Below are positions 39,358-53,283 of a stretch of DNA of 64,000 nt, piece by piece. A model generated the notes under the pieces. That model was not told the DNA's origin, did not search any database, and saw only the letters and a program-made list of their open reading frames with translations. The stretch comes from Eledone cirrhosa. Taxonomy: Eukaryota. A program made the translations under genes and the position numbers. Where the stretch lies: positions 13,888,001 to 13,952,000 of the forward strand of contig OZ024758.1 in NCBI GenBank assembly GCA_964016885.1, in the 5' to 3' direction. How positions within the stretch are numbered: the first letter of the stretch is position 1; every line of letters begins with the position of its first letter.

Positions 39358-39710
39358 GTGGTCACTGCATGGCCTTGTGGTCACTGCATGGCCTCGTGGT
39401 CATTGCATGGCCTTGTGGTCACTGCATGGCCTTGTGGTCACTGCATGGCCTTGTGGTCATTGCATGGCCTTGTGGTCATTGCATGGCCTTGTGGTCACTG
39501 CATGGCCTTGTGGTCATTGCATGGCCTTGTGGTCACTGCATGGCCTTGTGGTCATTGCATGGCCTTGTGGTCACTGCATGGCCTTGTGGTCACTGCATGG
39601 CCTTGTGGTCACTGCATGGCCTTGTGGTAAGGGTGTTGAACTTACGATCATAATGTCTTGGGTTCGATTCCTGGACTAGGTTGTGTGTTGTGTTGTTAAG
39701 CAGATCACTT
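39358..39710 (+). repeat. 19-bp tandem array (about 14 copies) running into a tRNA-SINE head
   Basis: Unit GTGGTCAYTGCATGGCCTT. The last unit continues as GTGGTAAGGGTGTTG...GGTTCGATTCC. Confidence 0.9.
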
Positions 39711-41532
39711 CAATTCCTGTTGTGTGGTCCCGTAACTCCTGAAAGTCGTAGGGGCGTCGTATTGGCATAAAACGTTTCTCGGGCATTTTAAGCCTGGCGG
39801 AGCCCACCCCTCTCCAGGCCCGAGTACAGCAGATTTCTTCCAGAGATGGATAGAAAGAGTGAGAGAAGGGAAGTGAGAAAGAGATATAGAGGAAGAATCG
39901 ACTCCAGTACTAAACTGGTACTTATATATATATATATATATATATGGAGAGATCACCAGTTGGTGCTACTGGTAACATGTATCCCAGTACAACCTGTCTC
40001 ATGGTCGGGTTGTTGGCGACTAAACTGGCAACCCCACCAAGGTTTCTTGGTGAGGAGGGTGACTTTGGACATCCTGCAGGACTAAAAACAAAACCTGTCA
40101 AAGGGCAAAAGAGCTCTTAAGAGTCAATGGCCATCCAAAATCACCGGGAGAGATGACCCTTTAGCCTTTGTCAAGGCAGAATTCTAGGAGAAGGAAAACT
40201 CTGATATAACACCTGCAACCCTGATGGTATCCAATGATGTTGACTTGTTCTTCTTTTTGGTAAATATCATCTTGGTTAAGAGAGTGGGACTGGCTTTGTG
40301 CAGTGCCTTTGCTCACTATAAAAGCTTCACGGCACAGGCATTGCTTTATATCTGGAGATCTCTCTGCACTTGTCGTCACATGGTACCATGGGCCCAGCAC
40401 TATGTGTCAATAATTGTCACAAGTGTAGTGTTTGTACCAGAGTTTTCAAGTCGCTGGCTGGACTAAAAAGTCACACTCGTTCAGCGCATCCGTAGGGGTT
40501 CTCCTACATGGATATAAAGTAGTGGCCGTACTCGAAAACGAGTTGGCAGCCACCATATGGAGAGATAGAGAGTGAGGAAGAATCGACTCCACTACTAGAC
40601 TGGTACTTTTTTTTTATCAACCTCGAAAGGATCCCTCTCCAGGCCTGAGTACAGATGATTTTTTTTTTCCAGAGAGAGGAAGAATCGACCCCAGTTATAT
40701 TCACATTGCTCCCATGAAATGAAATGTTTCGCTCAAGGACACAACACAGCAGCCTGTCCAGGAATCGAACTGGCGACATTACAATTGGATTGAACGTCAA
40801 GCATCTTAACCATTAGGCCATGTGGCTTCAAGCATTCTCTACATTGTCAGTAGTAAAATAATTAAAGTAAAAAGACCCCCACCACCAACACCACCACCAC
40901 CTCTACCATCACCTCTACCACCACCACCTCCTCTACCACCACCACCACCTCTACCACCACCACCACCACCACCACCACCACCATCTCTGTTCTTCCTGTA
41001 CATGTTTGTATCATGAGATCTTCTGGTTGGAAAGATAAGAAGAGTATTTAATCTCTGTAGTCTATACTACATGTCTACATAGCGCTATACAGCTCTGATG
41101 ATGTTGGAACCCAAGACAGATCAGATATCTACAGGAGAGGGGGGGTGAGGCACGGGTGTGGTGGCGACGTGGGTGTGGGGGCATGGCTGTGGTGGCGACT
41201 GGGGGGGGGGGGGGTGCAGTGTAACATTTCTAGCATGTGTTAATTCAGGAATTGCTTGTGATCCAATTAACACATACCTGTTGTGAAAGAATGTCTGGGG
41301 TGGTAATTGGAGGTGTGGTCTGCCAGGTAAGACAAATGAACTAAACACCCTCTACGTGTACCAGTAATACCCAGCACTGTAATAGAAGGTGCTAGAAATA
41401 AATACTAACAAGGTTTCACAATAAGTTCCCCTTTGTGTGTGTGTGTGTGTATGTATGTATGTGTCTACACGTGTGTGTGTGTGTATGTATGTGTGTATGT
41501 ATGTATGTATGTATGTATGTATGTGTCTACAC

Positions 41533-41572
<40 letters not shown>

Positions 41573-41683
41573 CTACACACGTGTGTGTGTGTGTGTATGT
41601 GTCTACACACACATATCCGTGTACAAGTTATGTGTTTTGCAAAAATCTTGCATCGCTCATATTCTTTCTCTCTCTCTCTTATA

Positions 41684-41724
<41 letters not shown>

Positions 41725-41732
41725 ATATATAT

Positions 41733-42060
41733 GGAGGCACATGGCTTAGTGGTTAGAGCATTGGCCTTGCAATCGAAAGGTTGTGAGTTCAATTCTCAGA
41801 CTGGGTGATGTGTTGTTTCCTTGAGCAAGACACTTTATTTCACATTGCTCCAGTTTACTCAGCTGTAGAAATGAGATGATAGGGACTGCAAAGTGGTCGT
41901 GGAGGTGCCACGGCAAAAAAAGCACCCAGCACTCACTGTAAATGAGGTTGGTGTTAGGAAGGGCATCCAACTGTAGAAATCAAGCCAGAATCAGTTCCCG
42001 TCCCACCCTTGCAAGCAGGGAAAAGTGGACGTGAAATGAAATGAATGAAATGAAATGAAT
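41733..42060 (+). mobile_element. Composite CORE-type SINE with (GAAAT)n tail
   Basis: Matches 16541-16881. Confidence 0.9.
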
Positions 42061-42488
42061 ATATATATAACCAGACATATTGAATTTGTCTAAGATTGCT
42101 GTTTGTCACTTGCTCCATGATTTTACAGAACTTTTATTTAGTAAATACAAGTCCATTTATCAGAGCTCACACTGAGTTGGTTTACTGGTAGAAATGGTGT
42201 TGTATAGGAACACAATTAATTTTCAGCCCCCCATCCACATGGTTTCATTACTGCACCTCATATTTATTATAATAATAATAATAATAATAATAATGAAATT
42301 ATTGTGTACAGTGCTCAGGTGCACTACAACTCATCAAAGGTGCATGTATAGTACATAGAATAATATACAAATGTCAGGGAAGTAAATAGTGTATGAGTGA
42401 TGATATACATGTGTGTATGTGTATGGAGGGAGAATATTGGGTGTAGCGTTGGCGAATCTCAGGAAGTATGGAGGTTTTAAAGGTTCAA

Positions 42489-42582
<94 letters not shown>

Positions 42583-42744
42583 GTGACGGGGCTAATTCAC
42601 TGTCGACTTTGAGCCTTGATGGTTGGTGTAATCTTTTATTTTAATTGTGAACAGTTTATGATTTAAAATTCATCATCAGGCATGTTGTTTACATGTTTGT
42701 TTATTCTGGAAAATTGGTGAGTCAGGAACTGTCAAAGATATCAG

Positions 42745-43670
42745 TTGATGATGATGGTAGGTGATGGTGGTGATGGTAGCATTAGTGATGGGGCTGATGA
42801 TGATGATGGTGGTAGCTGATGATTGTGATGGTAGTGATGATAACATTACTGATGGGGCTGATGATGATGGTGGTAGAACTGATGGTGATGGTGGTGGTAG
42901 CTGATGATTGTGATGGTAGTGATGATAACATTAGTGATGGGGCTGATGATGATGGTGGTAGAACTGATGGTGATGGTGGTGGTAGCTGATGATTGTGATG
43001 GTAGCATGATGGTAGCATTGGTGATGGTGGTAGAACTGATGGTGATGATTGTGATGGTGGTGATGGTAGCATTAGTGATGGGGCTGATGATGATGATGGT
43101 GGTAGCTGATGATTGTGATGGTAGTGATGATAACATTAGTGATGGGGCTGATGATGATGGTGGTAGAACTGATGGTGATGGTGGTGGTAGCTGATGATTG
43201 TGATGGTAGCATTGGTGATGGGGCTGATGATGATGATGGTAGAACTGATGGTGATGGTGGTGGTAGCTGATGATTGTGATGGTAGTGATGATAACATTAG
43301 TGATGGGGCTGATGATGATGGTAGTAGAACTGATGGTGATGGTGGTGGTAGCTGATGATTGTGATGGTAGCATGATGGTAGCATTGGTGATGGTGGTAGA
43401 ACTGATGGTGATGATTGTGATGGTAGTGATGGTAACATTAGTGATGGGGCTGATGATGATGATGATAATTGTGATGATGATGTGGTAGTAATGGTGGTGA
43501 TGATGATGGTGGTGGTGATGATAACAATGATGATTGTGATGACAGGGATGATGGTGATGATGATGATGACGACGATGGTAGCATTGGTGATGATGGAGGT
43601 GATGATGCTGTCGTAGAAATGAAAGTGATGATGATGATGATGACAACGAAGCTTGTGGTGATGATAACAT
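42745..43670. repeat. (GAT/GGT)n cryptic repeat with duplicated sub-blocks
   Basis: Recurrent ATTAGTGATGGGGCTGATG and GTAGAACTGATGG blocks. Confidence 0.9.
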
Positions 43671-44382
43671 TGGTGTATATTTCCACACATCCAGTTTGCT
43701 CCAACAATTCAGAGAGGTTTCTAGCTTTTTAACAAAGTGTACTTTTGGCAATGTGGAGATTTATGGCATCTGTGTGTTTCCCTAAGTCCTGTGTTGCTAG
43801 GTTTCCTCCATATAATTCTATATTTTGGTAACATTATGCTGGGTGATGTTGCTTTATAAATCTGCTCCAGCAGCCTATGATGATGTTTTTGGCAGTTAGA
43901 TTTTGTTTATAGCATTGTGAGAAAAGAATAAAATTGCAGCATATCATATTAGTTTAAAACAACATATAACTGCAAAATATCTATCTATATATATATGTGT
44001 ATATATATATATGTGTGTGTATATATATATATATATATATGTACACGTACATACATATATGTATACAGACGCACAGTAGTATGTCTACATATATATATAT
44101 ACATGCACACATATATATATATATACGTATGAATTCACCGAGCATTATAATAAATGTTCGGTGAATCCATACGTACATATATATATATATGTGTGCATGT
44201 ATGTATGTATATATATATATATATACATACTACTGTGTGTCTGTATACATATATGTATGTACGTGTACATACTTATATTTAAGTAACAGCCGTACTAAGA
44301 GTGGGAAATGAAATTTTGTTTCATTTTTTCTGTTTATATATATATATATATATGTCTGTATCTCTATCTCTATATGTCTGTA

Positions 44383-44429
<47 letters not shown>

Positions 44430-44430
<1 letters not shown>

Positions 44431-44790
44431 CATCATCATCATCACCGTTTTACGTCCGTTCTTCCACACTAGCATGGGTTAGACAGGTTGTCCTGTCGTG
44501 GGCAGTGTCTGGTCGGCTGACCATGCCTTGCTCATACAGGAACTGATTTGGCTTGATTTCTACAGCTGGATGCCCTTCCTAACACCAACCTCATTTACAG
44601 TGAGTGCTGGGTGCTTTTTCGTGGCGCCTACACGTCCACTTTACAGTGTGGGCTGGGTGCTTTTTTGCCGTGGCACCTCCACGACCACCTTGCAGTGGGA
44701 GGGTGTGGGGGCATATTGTCTATATGCTTCAGCTTGTACCCATGGGAGGTCGGGTACTCTGTATTACTGCGTGACGCCAGAGGTCACGGT
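44430..44790 (-). mobile_element. Headless (GAT)n-tailed retroposon
   Basis: Reverse complement of 18383-18757. Confidence 0.8.
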
Positions 44791-45108
44791 TGTGTGTCAT
44801 CGCCTTTGAGAGGTGTAATTGGGTAAGGTCGGCTTTTATCACCTCATCCCAGGTCATCTTGGGTCTCCCCACTCCACCTTCAGCAGACATATATAATGTC
44901 TGTATCTCTCTCTCTCTCTCTCTTTCTCTCTCACTCTCTCTATAATGTCTCTTTTTATATCTGTTTAAATCTATCTCTACATCTATCTCTCTATATATCT
45001 ATATCTCTCTATACCTCTATGTAAGCTCTATGTAAATATCTATCTAAATATTTAAATAAAACTCTATAACTCTATATAAATATCTATCTACCACTAGCTC
45101 TCCATATG

Positions 45109-45219
<111 letters not shown>

Positions 45220-45252
45220 TTTTTTTTTTAAATTAAAAAAATAATTAAAAAA

Positions 45253-45320
45253 ACTACCCTAAGTATTGAGTACTCTGGTGCGTTATGGTCCATTTGGTTC
45301 CTTACCACAATTCCTTTGTT
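45253..45320 (+). mobile_element. Family I 3' tail only, next to (TA)n
   Basis: ACTACCCTAAGTATTGAGTACT...CTTACCAC matches the tails at 16.0 kb and 61.2 kb. Confidence 0.7.
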
Positions 45321-46130
45321 ATATATATATATATATACATCTCTCTATATCTTTGTTTAAATCTCTCTCTCTATCTATATCTATCAAACTATCTCTCTTT
45401 ATAACTACATCTATATTTATCAATCTCCCTATTTACATCTATCTCTGTTTAAATCTCTCTCTCTATCTATATCTATCAAACTATCTCTCTTTATAACTAC
45501 ATCTATATTTATCAATCTCCCTATTTACATCTATCTCTGTTTAAATCTCTCTCTCTATCTATATCTATCAAACTATCTCTCTTTATAACTACATCTATAT
45601 TTATCAGTCTCCCTATTTACATCTATCTCTGTTTAAATCTCGCCACAATTCAACATTAAAGTGTAAACAACAAACAACAAAATGCCTAAAATATTGTTTT
45701 AAACAAATTCCATATATTTTCTTATCTTGTCACAACTTTCTCTCATTGCTATAAACAACATACGACTGCAATGACAACAACACCGTCAATATAAACATGT
45801 TGCTTCAGATACACTAATGTAGTACAACCCCTTGTATGTTGGTTACCTTCTAGAGGAGGATATAGCTGTGCTTTACTCTCTTATCTGTTTCAGCCATCCA
45901 GCTGAGGCCATGCTGGGGCTTTCTATAATTTCAGCAGGGTTTTTCTTTGGCTGGATGCCCTTCCTATCACCAACCACTTTACAGCGTGTGTTGGGGGCCA
46001 GTATTTGTGTCACCAGTACTAGAGAGGTTGTCTTACAGGACTCAAGAGCCCAGTAAACTTTGCTGTCCCTTTATTTTATCAACCTTGGAAGAATGAAAGG
46101 CGCAGCAGTTAACATTACTACTAACGGTAG

Positions 46131-46822
46131 TAATTGTTTCTACTTTAGGCACAAGGCCAGCAATTACCCCAGTGCATTACTGGTACTTTATTTTATCGAC
46201 CCCGTAAGGATGAAAGGCAAAGTTAACCTCGGCGGGATTTGAACTACTACTAATAATAATCGTTTCTACTTTAGGAACAAGGCCAGCAATTTCCCCAGTG
46301 CATTACTGGTACTTTATTTTATCGACCCCGTAAGGATGAAAGGCAAAGTTAACCTCGGCGGGATTTGAACTACTACTAATAATAATCGTTTCTACTTTAG
46401 GAACAAGGCCAGCAATTTCCCCAGTGCATTACTGGTACTTTATTTTATCGACCCCGTAAGGATGAAAGGCAAAGTTAACCTCGGCGGGATTTGAACTACT
46501 ACTAATAATAATCGTTTCTACTTTAGGAACAAGGCCAGCAATTTCCCCAGTGCATTACTGGTACTTTATTTTATCGACCCCGTAAGGATGAAAGGCAAAG
46601 TTAACCTCGGCGGGATTTGAACTACTACTAATAATAATCGTTTCTACTTTAGGAACAAGGCCAGCAATTTCCCCAGTGCATTACTGGTACTTTATTTTAT
46701 CGACCCCGTAAGGATGAAAGGCAAAGTTAACCTCGGCGGGATTTGAACTCAGAATGGCAAGGGCCGTAACTCTATGTGTCAAAGCATGGCGTCCGAGCCT
46801 CTACCGATACTGCAAATCCACC
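46131..46822 (-). mobile_element. Family M SINE whose body is amplified as five 126-bp tandem units
   Basis: Units recur at 46261, 46387, 46513 and 46639 (period 126); a single tRNA-like head lies at about 46748-46822. Confidence 0.9.
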
Positions 46823-46969
46823 TAATAATAATGGTTTCTAACTTCGGTACCAGGCCAACCATATTGTGGGGAGGCAAAAAGTCAATTAAACTGCCCCTTG
46901 TGCGTTACTGGTACTTTATTTTATCAACCCCTGTAAGGATGACAGGCAAAGTTGACCTTCCATGGCATT

Positions 46970-47460
46970 AAGACTTCCCCCTGGACAGGACACCAGAGTT
47001 AAACCCCCAGCTATTGTTAGTTAGTACTCATCATTTTCAGCTGAGTATACTGGAGTGACGTGAAATGAAGTGTTTTGCTCAAGAACACAACACACAACTT
47101 AGTCCAGGAGTCGAACCCACGACATTATGGTCATAAAGTTCAACACCTTTACCACTGGAGTGACGTGAAATGAAGTGTTTTGCTCAAGAACACAACACAC
47201 AACCAAGTCCAGGAGTCGAAATCACGACATTTTGGTCATAAAGTTCAACACCTTTACCACTGGAGTGACGTGAAATGAAGTGTTTTGCTCAAGAACACAA
47301 CACACAACCAAGTCCAGCAGTCGAAATCACGACATTATGGTCATAAAGTTCAACACCTTTACCACTGGAGCGACGTGAAATGAAGTGTTTTGCTCAAGAA
47401 CACAACACACAACCCAGTCCAGGAGTCGAAATCACGACATTTTGGTCATTAAGTCCAACA
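46970..47460 (-). mobile_element. CORE-type SINE with its head tandemly repeated four times (105-bp period)
   Basis: TGGAGYGACGTGAAATGAAG at about 47051, 47156, 47261 and 47366. Confidence 0.85.
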
Positions 47461-47872
47461 CCAAAAATAAATTCTAACCCCCCTCCAATACCTCCCCCCC
47501 CCCCCTCCACCCGCCGCCACCACTACACTACCCCACCCTCTCCAATACTTCTTAAGAAACAAAACACTGCTTGTTGTAGTATTGTATTGTGAAAGGCGTA
47601 CAGACCGTTTATGCTGTGTTACACTTCAGTTGCAATACGTGCATAGAAATGCACACAACTGCAGCAGCAGCAGCAGCAGCAGCCATCAAATCTCTGGAAC
47701 TGTAAAATCGGAGTTTAATGATGTCTGAAAACCTGCCTTCATTTATCTTATTTTGTTTTATATGTTTTATTATTAATTTTGTTTTGACTTTTGTTTTTTA
47801 CTTTTGTTTTTTACTTTTGTTTTTTTACTTTTGATGTAGCTTGATTTTTCACAGTACTTACTGCAGGAGGGG

Positions 47873-47928
<56 letters not shown>

Positions 47929-48090
47929 TATAGACTTGCTGCAGCATATATATATATATGTATATATATATGCTGCAGCAAGTCTATATATATATATATA
48001 TATGTGTATATATATATATATAACCCTCCCAAAGTATAACAATATTTATATATATTTATATATATACATATATATATATATTATATATAC

Positions 48091-48145
<55 letters not shown>

Positions 48146-48212
48146 CATATATACACACACATATATATATATATATACATACATATATACACATATATAT
48201 ATATACATATAT

Positions 48213-48261
<49 letters not shown>

Positions 48262-48296
48262 CATATATACACATATATATATATACATATATACAC

Positions 48297-48327
<31 letters not shown>

Positions 48328-49078
48328 CATATATACACATATATATATATATATACACACATATATATATATATATACATATATACACACATATATATAT
48401 ATACATATATATATACACATATATATATATGTATATATGTATATACATATATATATACACATATATATATGTATATATGTATATACATATATATACACAT
48501 ATATATATGTATATATGTATATACATATATATACACATATATATATATATGTATATATGTATATACATATATATACACATATATATATATGTATATATGT
48601 ATATACATATATATATACACATATATATATATGTATATACATATATATACACATATATATATATGTATATACATATATATACACATATATATATATGTAT
48701 ATACATATATATATATATACATATATACACATATATATATATGTATATATGTATATACATATATACACACACACATATATATATATATATAAATATATAC
48801 ATACATATACACACATATATATATACATACATACATATATACACATATGTATATATATGTATATATATATATATATACATACAGAGAGAGAGGGAGAGAT
48901 GCATTTTGATGTTTAAAGAACACCTATTCTGTCTGTCTATCATAAACTGGAACATCTGTGTGTATGCAAATGTGCATTTGTATGTATGTATATATGTATG
49001 TGTGTGTATATGTATAATGTGTGTCTGTGTGTGTGTACAAGTGCCTATCTGTACATATTACGTCTGAGTGCATATGTA

Positions 49079-49117
<39 letters not shown>

Positions 49118-50260
49118 CTGAGTGCATGTGTATGTGTGTATATATGTATGTGTGTGTATATGTATAATGTGTATGTGTGGGTGTACAAGTGCCTATCTGT
49201 ACATATTACCTGATTCTATAAACACTGTGTCAAGCACTGAACATCTTTTTTGTACTTGTAACATCTCCTGTATTGATAGTTGTGTGAATGGTGGAGGGGC
49301 GGGGTGAGAGAGAGGCGGGTATATAGTGGGGGGGGAGAGAAAGGGGTGGGGCAGGACATAGGTATGTATGGGTATGTATGTGGGGTGTATGTATTGTGCA
49401 GGGGTGGGGGGAGAAAGGGGTGGGGCAGGACTCAGGTATGTATGGGTATGTATATGTCTCGCTGTATGTGGGGGGGTATGTATTGTGCAGGGGTGGGGCA
49501 GGTCACAGGTATGTAAGGGTATGTATATGTCTCTCTGTATGTGGGGGTATGTATTGTGCAGGGGTGGGGCAGGACACAGGTATGTATATGTCTCTGTCTA
49601 TTTTACATTGGTAGTATATGTGGATCGTGCAGGGGTGGGAGAGATAGGGATAGAGGAGAGGGGTAAATATTGGTATGTGGGGGTAGGAGGCGGGTTTATG
49701 TACTGTTCTCTTCTCTATATTCTATATTGATAGTATGTATCAGTAGTGCAGAGGGTGGGGTATGTGGGGTGGGAGAGATGGGTGTGTGGGTGGTGGAAGA
49801 GGGGGATATGATATGTGGGGTGGGATAGACGGGTATATGAGGAGTATGTGAGGGGGTGGAAGAGAGGGATATGTGGGGTGGGAGAGACGGGTGTGTGAAG
49901 GGTGGAAGAGAGGGATATGTGGGGTGGGATAGACGGGTATGTGAGGGGGTGGAAGAGAGAGATATGTGGGGTGGGAGAGACGGGTATGTGGGGTGGGAGG
50001 GGGGTATGTGAGGTGTGAGAGGAGGTATGTATGGGTATATATACCTCTCTCTCTAGTCATGTAGTTGGTGTATATTAGGTAGAATCAGTAGATGTGTATA
50101 TATGAACTTTCTTTTATTGTTTTTCTATTGTCTGTTGTTGTTGCTGTCTGGCATGATACAGGTGTGTGAGTGTGGGAGTCTGCGTGGGTGTGTGTGTGTG
50201 AGAGTGTGTGGGTGTGGGTGTGTGTCTGTGTATGGTTGTATGATACAATGTGAACACCTG

Positions 50261-50317
<57 letters not shown>

Positions 50318-51164
50318 TTAATATAGATGAGATTCTACAGGACTAGAACTGTTTCATTCTTTAGAAATCATCATATATATATGTGTGTGTGTGTATATGT
50401 ATGTATTCCGAGATTGTGTGTGACACACTGTACATGTGAACACATACCCATATATATGTATGTACGTATGTATGTGTGTATGTATGTACATATGTATGTG
50501 TGTGTGTATGTATGTATGTATGTACGTATGTATGTATGTGTGTGTGTATGTATGTACGTATGTATGTGTGTATGTATGTACATGTGTATGTATGTACGTA
50601 TGTATGTGTGTGTATATGTGTGTATATATAATAATAATAATGAAATTATTGTGTAAAGTGCTCAGGTGCACTACAATATATGTATGTGTGTGTATGTATG
50701 TATGTATGTATGTGTGTGTGTATGTGTGTATATATGTATATATGTATGTATGTGTGTATATATGTATGTATGTATGTATGTGTGTACGTATGTATGTATG
50801 TATGTATGTATGTATGTATGTATGTACGTATGTATGTGTGTGTGTATGTATGTACGTATGTATGTGTGTATATATGTATGTATGTATGTGTATGTACGTA
50901 TGTATGTGTGTGTGTATGTATGTACGTATCTATGTGTGTATATATGTATGTATGTATGTATGTGTATGTATGTATGTATGTATGTACGTACGTATGTATG
51001 TATGTATGTGTGTGTGTGTGTATATATGTATATATGTATGTATGTATGTGTGTATGTATATATGTATGTATGTATGTATGTATGTGTGTGTGTATATATG
51101 TATATATGTATGTATGTGTGTGTGTATATATGTATATATGTATGTATGTGTGTGTGTATATATG

Positions 51165-51198
<34 letters not shown>

Positions 51199-51347
51199 TA
51201 TATGTATGTATGTCATATTCATTAAGTCATTGTATAATTGTTGCTCTCAAGAATGGTTGTATTGGAATGTGAGGCAGTGGAAGGTTACATGTTCCAGACA
51301 TGATAGGAAATAGATCCTTTCACACTTATTGATTTCTAGGAGATTTG

Positions 51348-51915
51348 AAATAACAGCAACAACAGCAACAATAACAGTAATAACAGCAGCAACAACAACA
51401 ATAGCAACAACAGCAACAATAATAGTAATAACAACTGCAACAGCAGCAACAATAACAACAACAATAACAGCAACAATAACAACAACAATAACAGCAACAA
51501 TAACAGCAACAATAACAGCAATAATAATAGCAATAACAACAACAGCAATAATAACAGTAATAACAACAGTAACAATAACAACAACAACAACAATAACAGT
51601 AACAACAACAGCAATAATAACAGTAAGAACAACTATACAATAACAGTAACAACAACAACAGTAACAACAACAATAATAATAACAATAACAGAAACAACAA
51701 CAACAGCAATAATAATAATAACAATAACAGAAACAACAACAACAGCAGTAACAGCAACAATAACAACAATAATAATAACAGCAACAACAATAACAGCAAC
51801 AAGGACACCAACAATAACAACAGCAGCAGCAGCAACAACAACGACAGCAATAACAACAACAACAACACCCACAATAACAACAACAGCAACAACAATAATG
51901 GTAATAATAATAGTA
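51348..51915. repeat. (AAC/AAT/AGC)n trinucleotide tract
   Basis: Low-complexity triplet run; the poly-L and poly-T ORFs here are artefacts. Confidence 0.95.
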
Positions 51916-52079
51916 ATGTTTTCTTTATTAACCACAAGGGTTCACATAAAGTAGACATTAAGGACAGTACAGGACAATACAGGACGGTACAAATGGGCAT
52001 TTCTGCGTGTAAAAAAAAACAGAGGTTGAAATAAAATAACAAAGAAAAATTCCCCAATAGTAATAATAGTAATAAGAAT

Positions 52080-52265
52080 AATTGTTTCTACTTTAGGCAC
52101 AAGGCCAGCAATTATCCCAGTGCATTACTGGTACTTTTATTTTATCGACCCCCGTAAGGATGAAAGGCAAAGTCAACCTCGGCCGGATTTGAACTCAGAA
52201 TGGCAAGGGCCGTAACTCTATGCGTCAAAGCATGGCGTCCGACCCTCTACCGATACTGCCAACCC
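52080..52265 (-). mobile_element. Family M SINE
   Basis: Full consensus match. Confidence 0.85.
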
Positions 52266-52385
52266 CAAATAGTTTCATTTATTGGCCACAAGGACCAACA
52301 TGTAGGGGACAGCACAAAGACAGCGGTGGGGCTGATGGGGTACAATAAGATTGAGTAAAAATGCACAACAAAGCAATGAAAATAA

Positions 52386-52423
<38 letters not shown>

Positions 52424-52677
52424 TTTCTTTATTTATTTATTTATTTATTTATTTATGTTTTATAATTTTTTTTTTTTATAAATAATAATAATAATAATGA
52501 TGATGATGATGATGATGATAATAAATAAATTAAAAGACGAATGAATATATTTTTTCCCCATCCATTACATATAATCTTCTGCCTGAAAGTTCCATCATTA
52601 ATGCTGCAAAATATTGGTTCTTTTGGTTCTTTGGAAATTCTTCCTGTTTGATAGGAGAGAATAGAAAATATAAATAA

Positions 52678-52716
<39 letters not shown>

Positions 52717-52881
52717 AACACACGCATATATATATATATATACACACACACATATATATGTGTGTGTGTGTGTGTGTCTCTGTATGTATGTATATATATA
52801 TTTATGTGTATGTATATTTGTGTGTATATGTGTATGTATTATGTGTCTGTATATTTGTGTGTAGGTATATGTGTATATGTA

Positions 52882-52914
<33 letters not shown>

Positions 52915-53070
52915 TTATGTTATGTATATTTGTGTGTGTGTGTGTGTGTATATGTGTATGTATTATGTGTCTGTATATGTATGTATATTTGTGTGTACGT
53001 ATATGTGTATATGTATGTGTGTATGTATGTATGTGTGTGTGTATATATATATATATTTATACTGGTACGT

Positions 53071-53102
<32 letters not shown>

Positions 53103-53236
53103 TTATGTGTATGTATATTTGTGTGTGTGTATATGTGTATGTAATATGTGTCTGTATATGTATGTATATTTGTGTGTATGTATGTGTGTGTATATATATA
53201 TATATTTATACTGGTACGTGTATGTGTGTATGTGTA

Positions 53237-53283
<47 letters not shown>

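Noticed and set aside
39935-40240. Segment resembling an RTE 5' region with a possible HDV-like ribozyme
   Set aside because: I could not assemble the nested double pseudoknot by eye, and the family assignment is uncertain without a database search.
41095-41125. CTGATGA-TGTTGG-AAC-CCAA-GACA
   Set aside because: GACA replaces GAAA and the stems are weak, so it is consistent with chance.
41249-41326. Possible 78-bp + strand exon (ELLVIQLTHTCCERMSGVVIGGVVCQ) with a CAG|GTAAGA donor
   Set aside because: The polypyrimidine tract is weak and the peptide unrecognisable; it needs RNA-seq support.
49210-49267. Possible 58-bp minus-strand exon (EMLQVQKRCSVLDTVFIES)
   Set aside because: Poor acceptor context, no recognisable homology, and on the opposite strand to the better exon candidate.
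50325-50375. Possible truncated hammerhead on the minus strand (AUGAUGA-UUUCU-aa-AGAAU-GAAA-CAG-UU)
   Set aside because: C3 is absent, there is no stem I and the loop is not palindromic; too degenerate to call.
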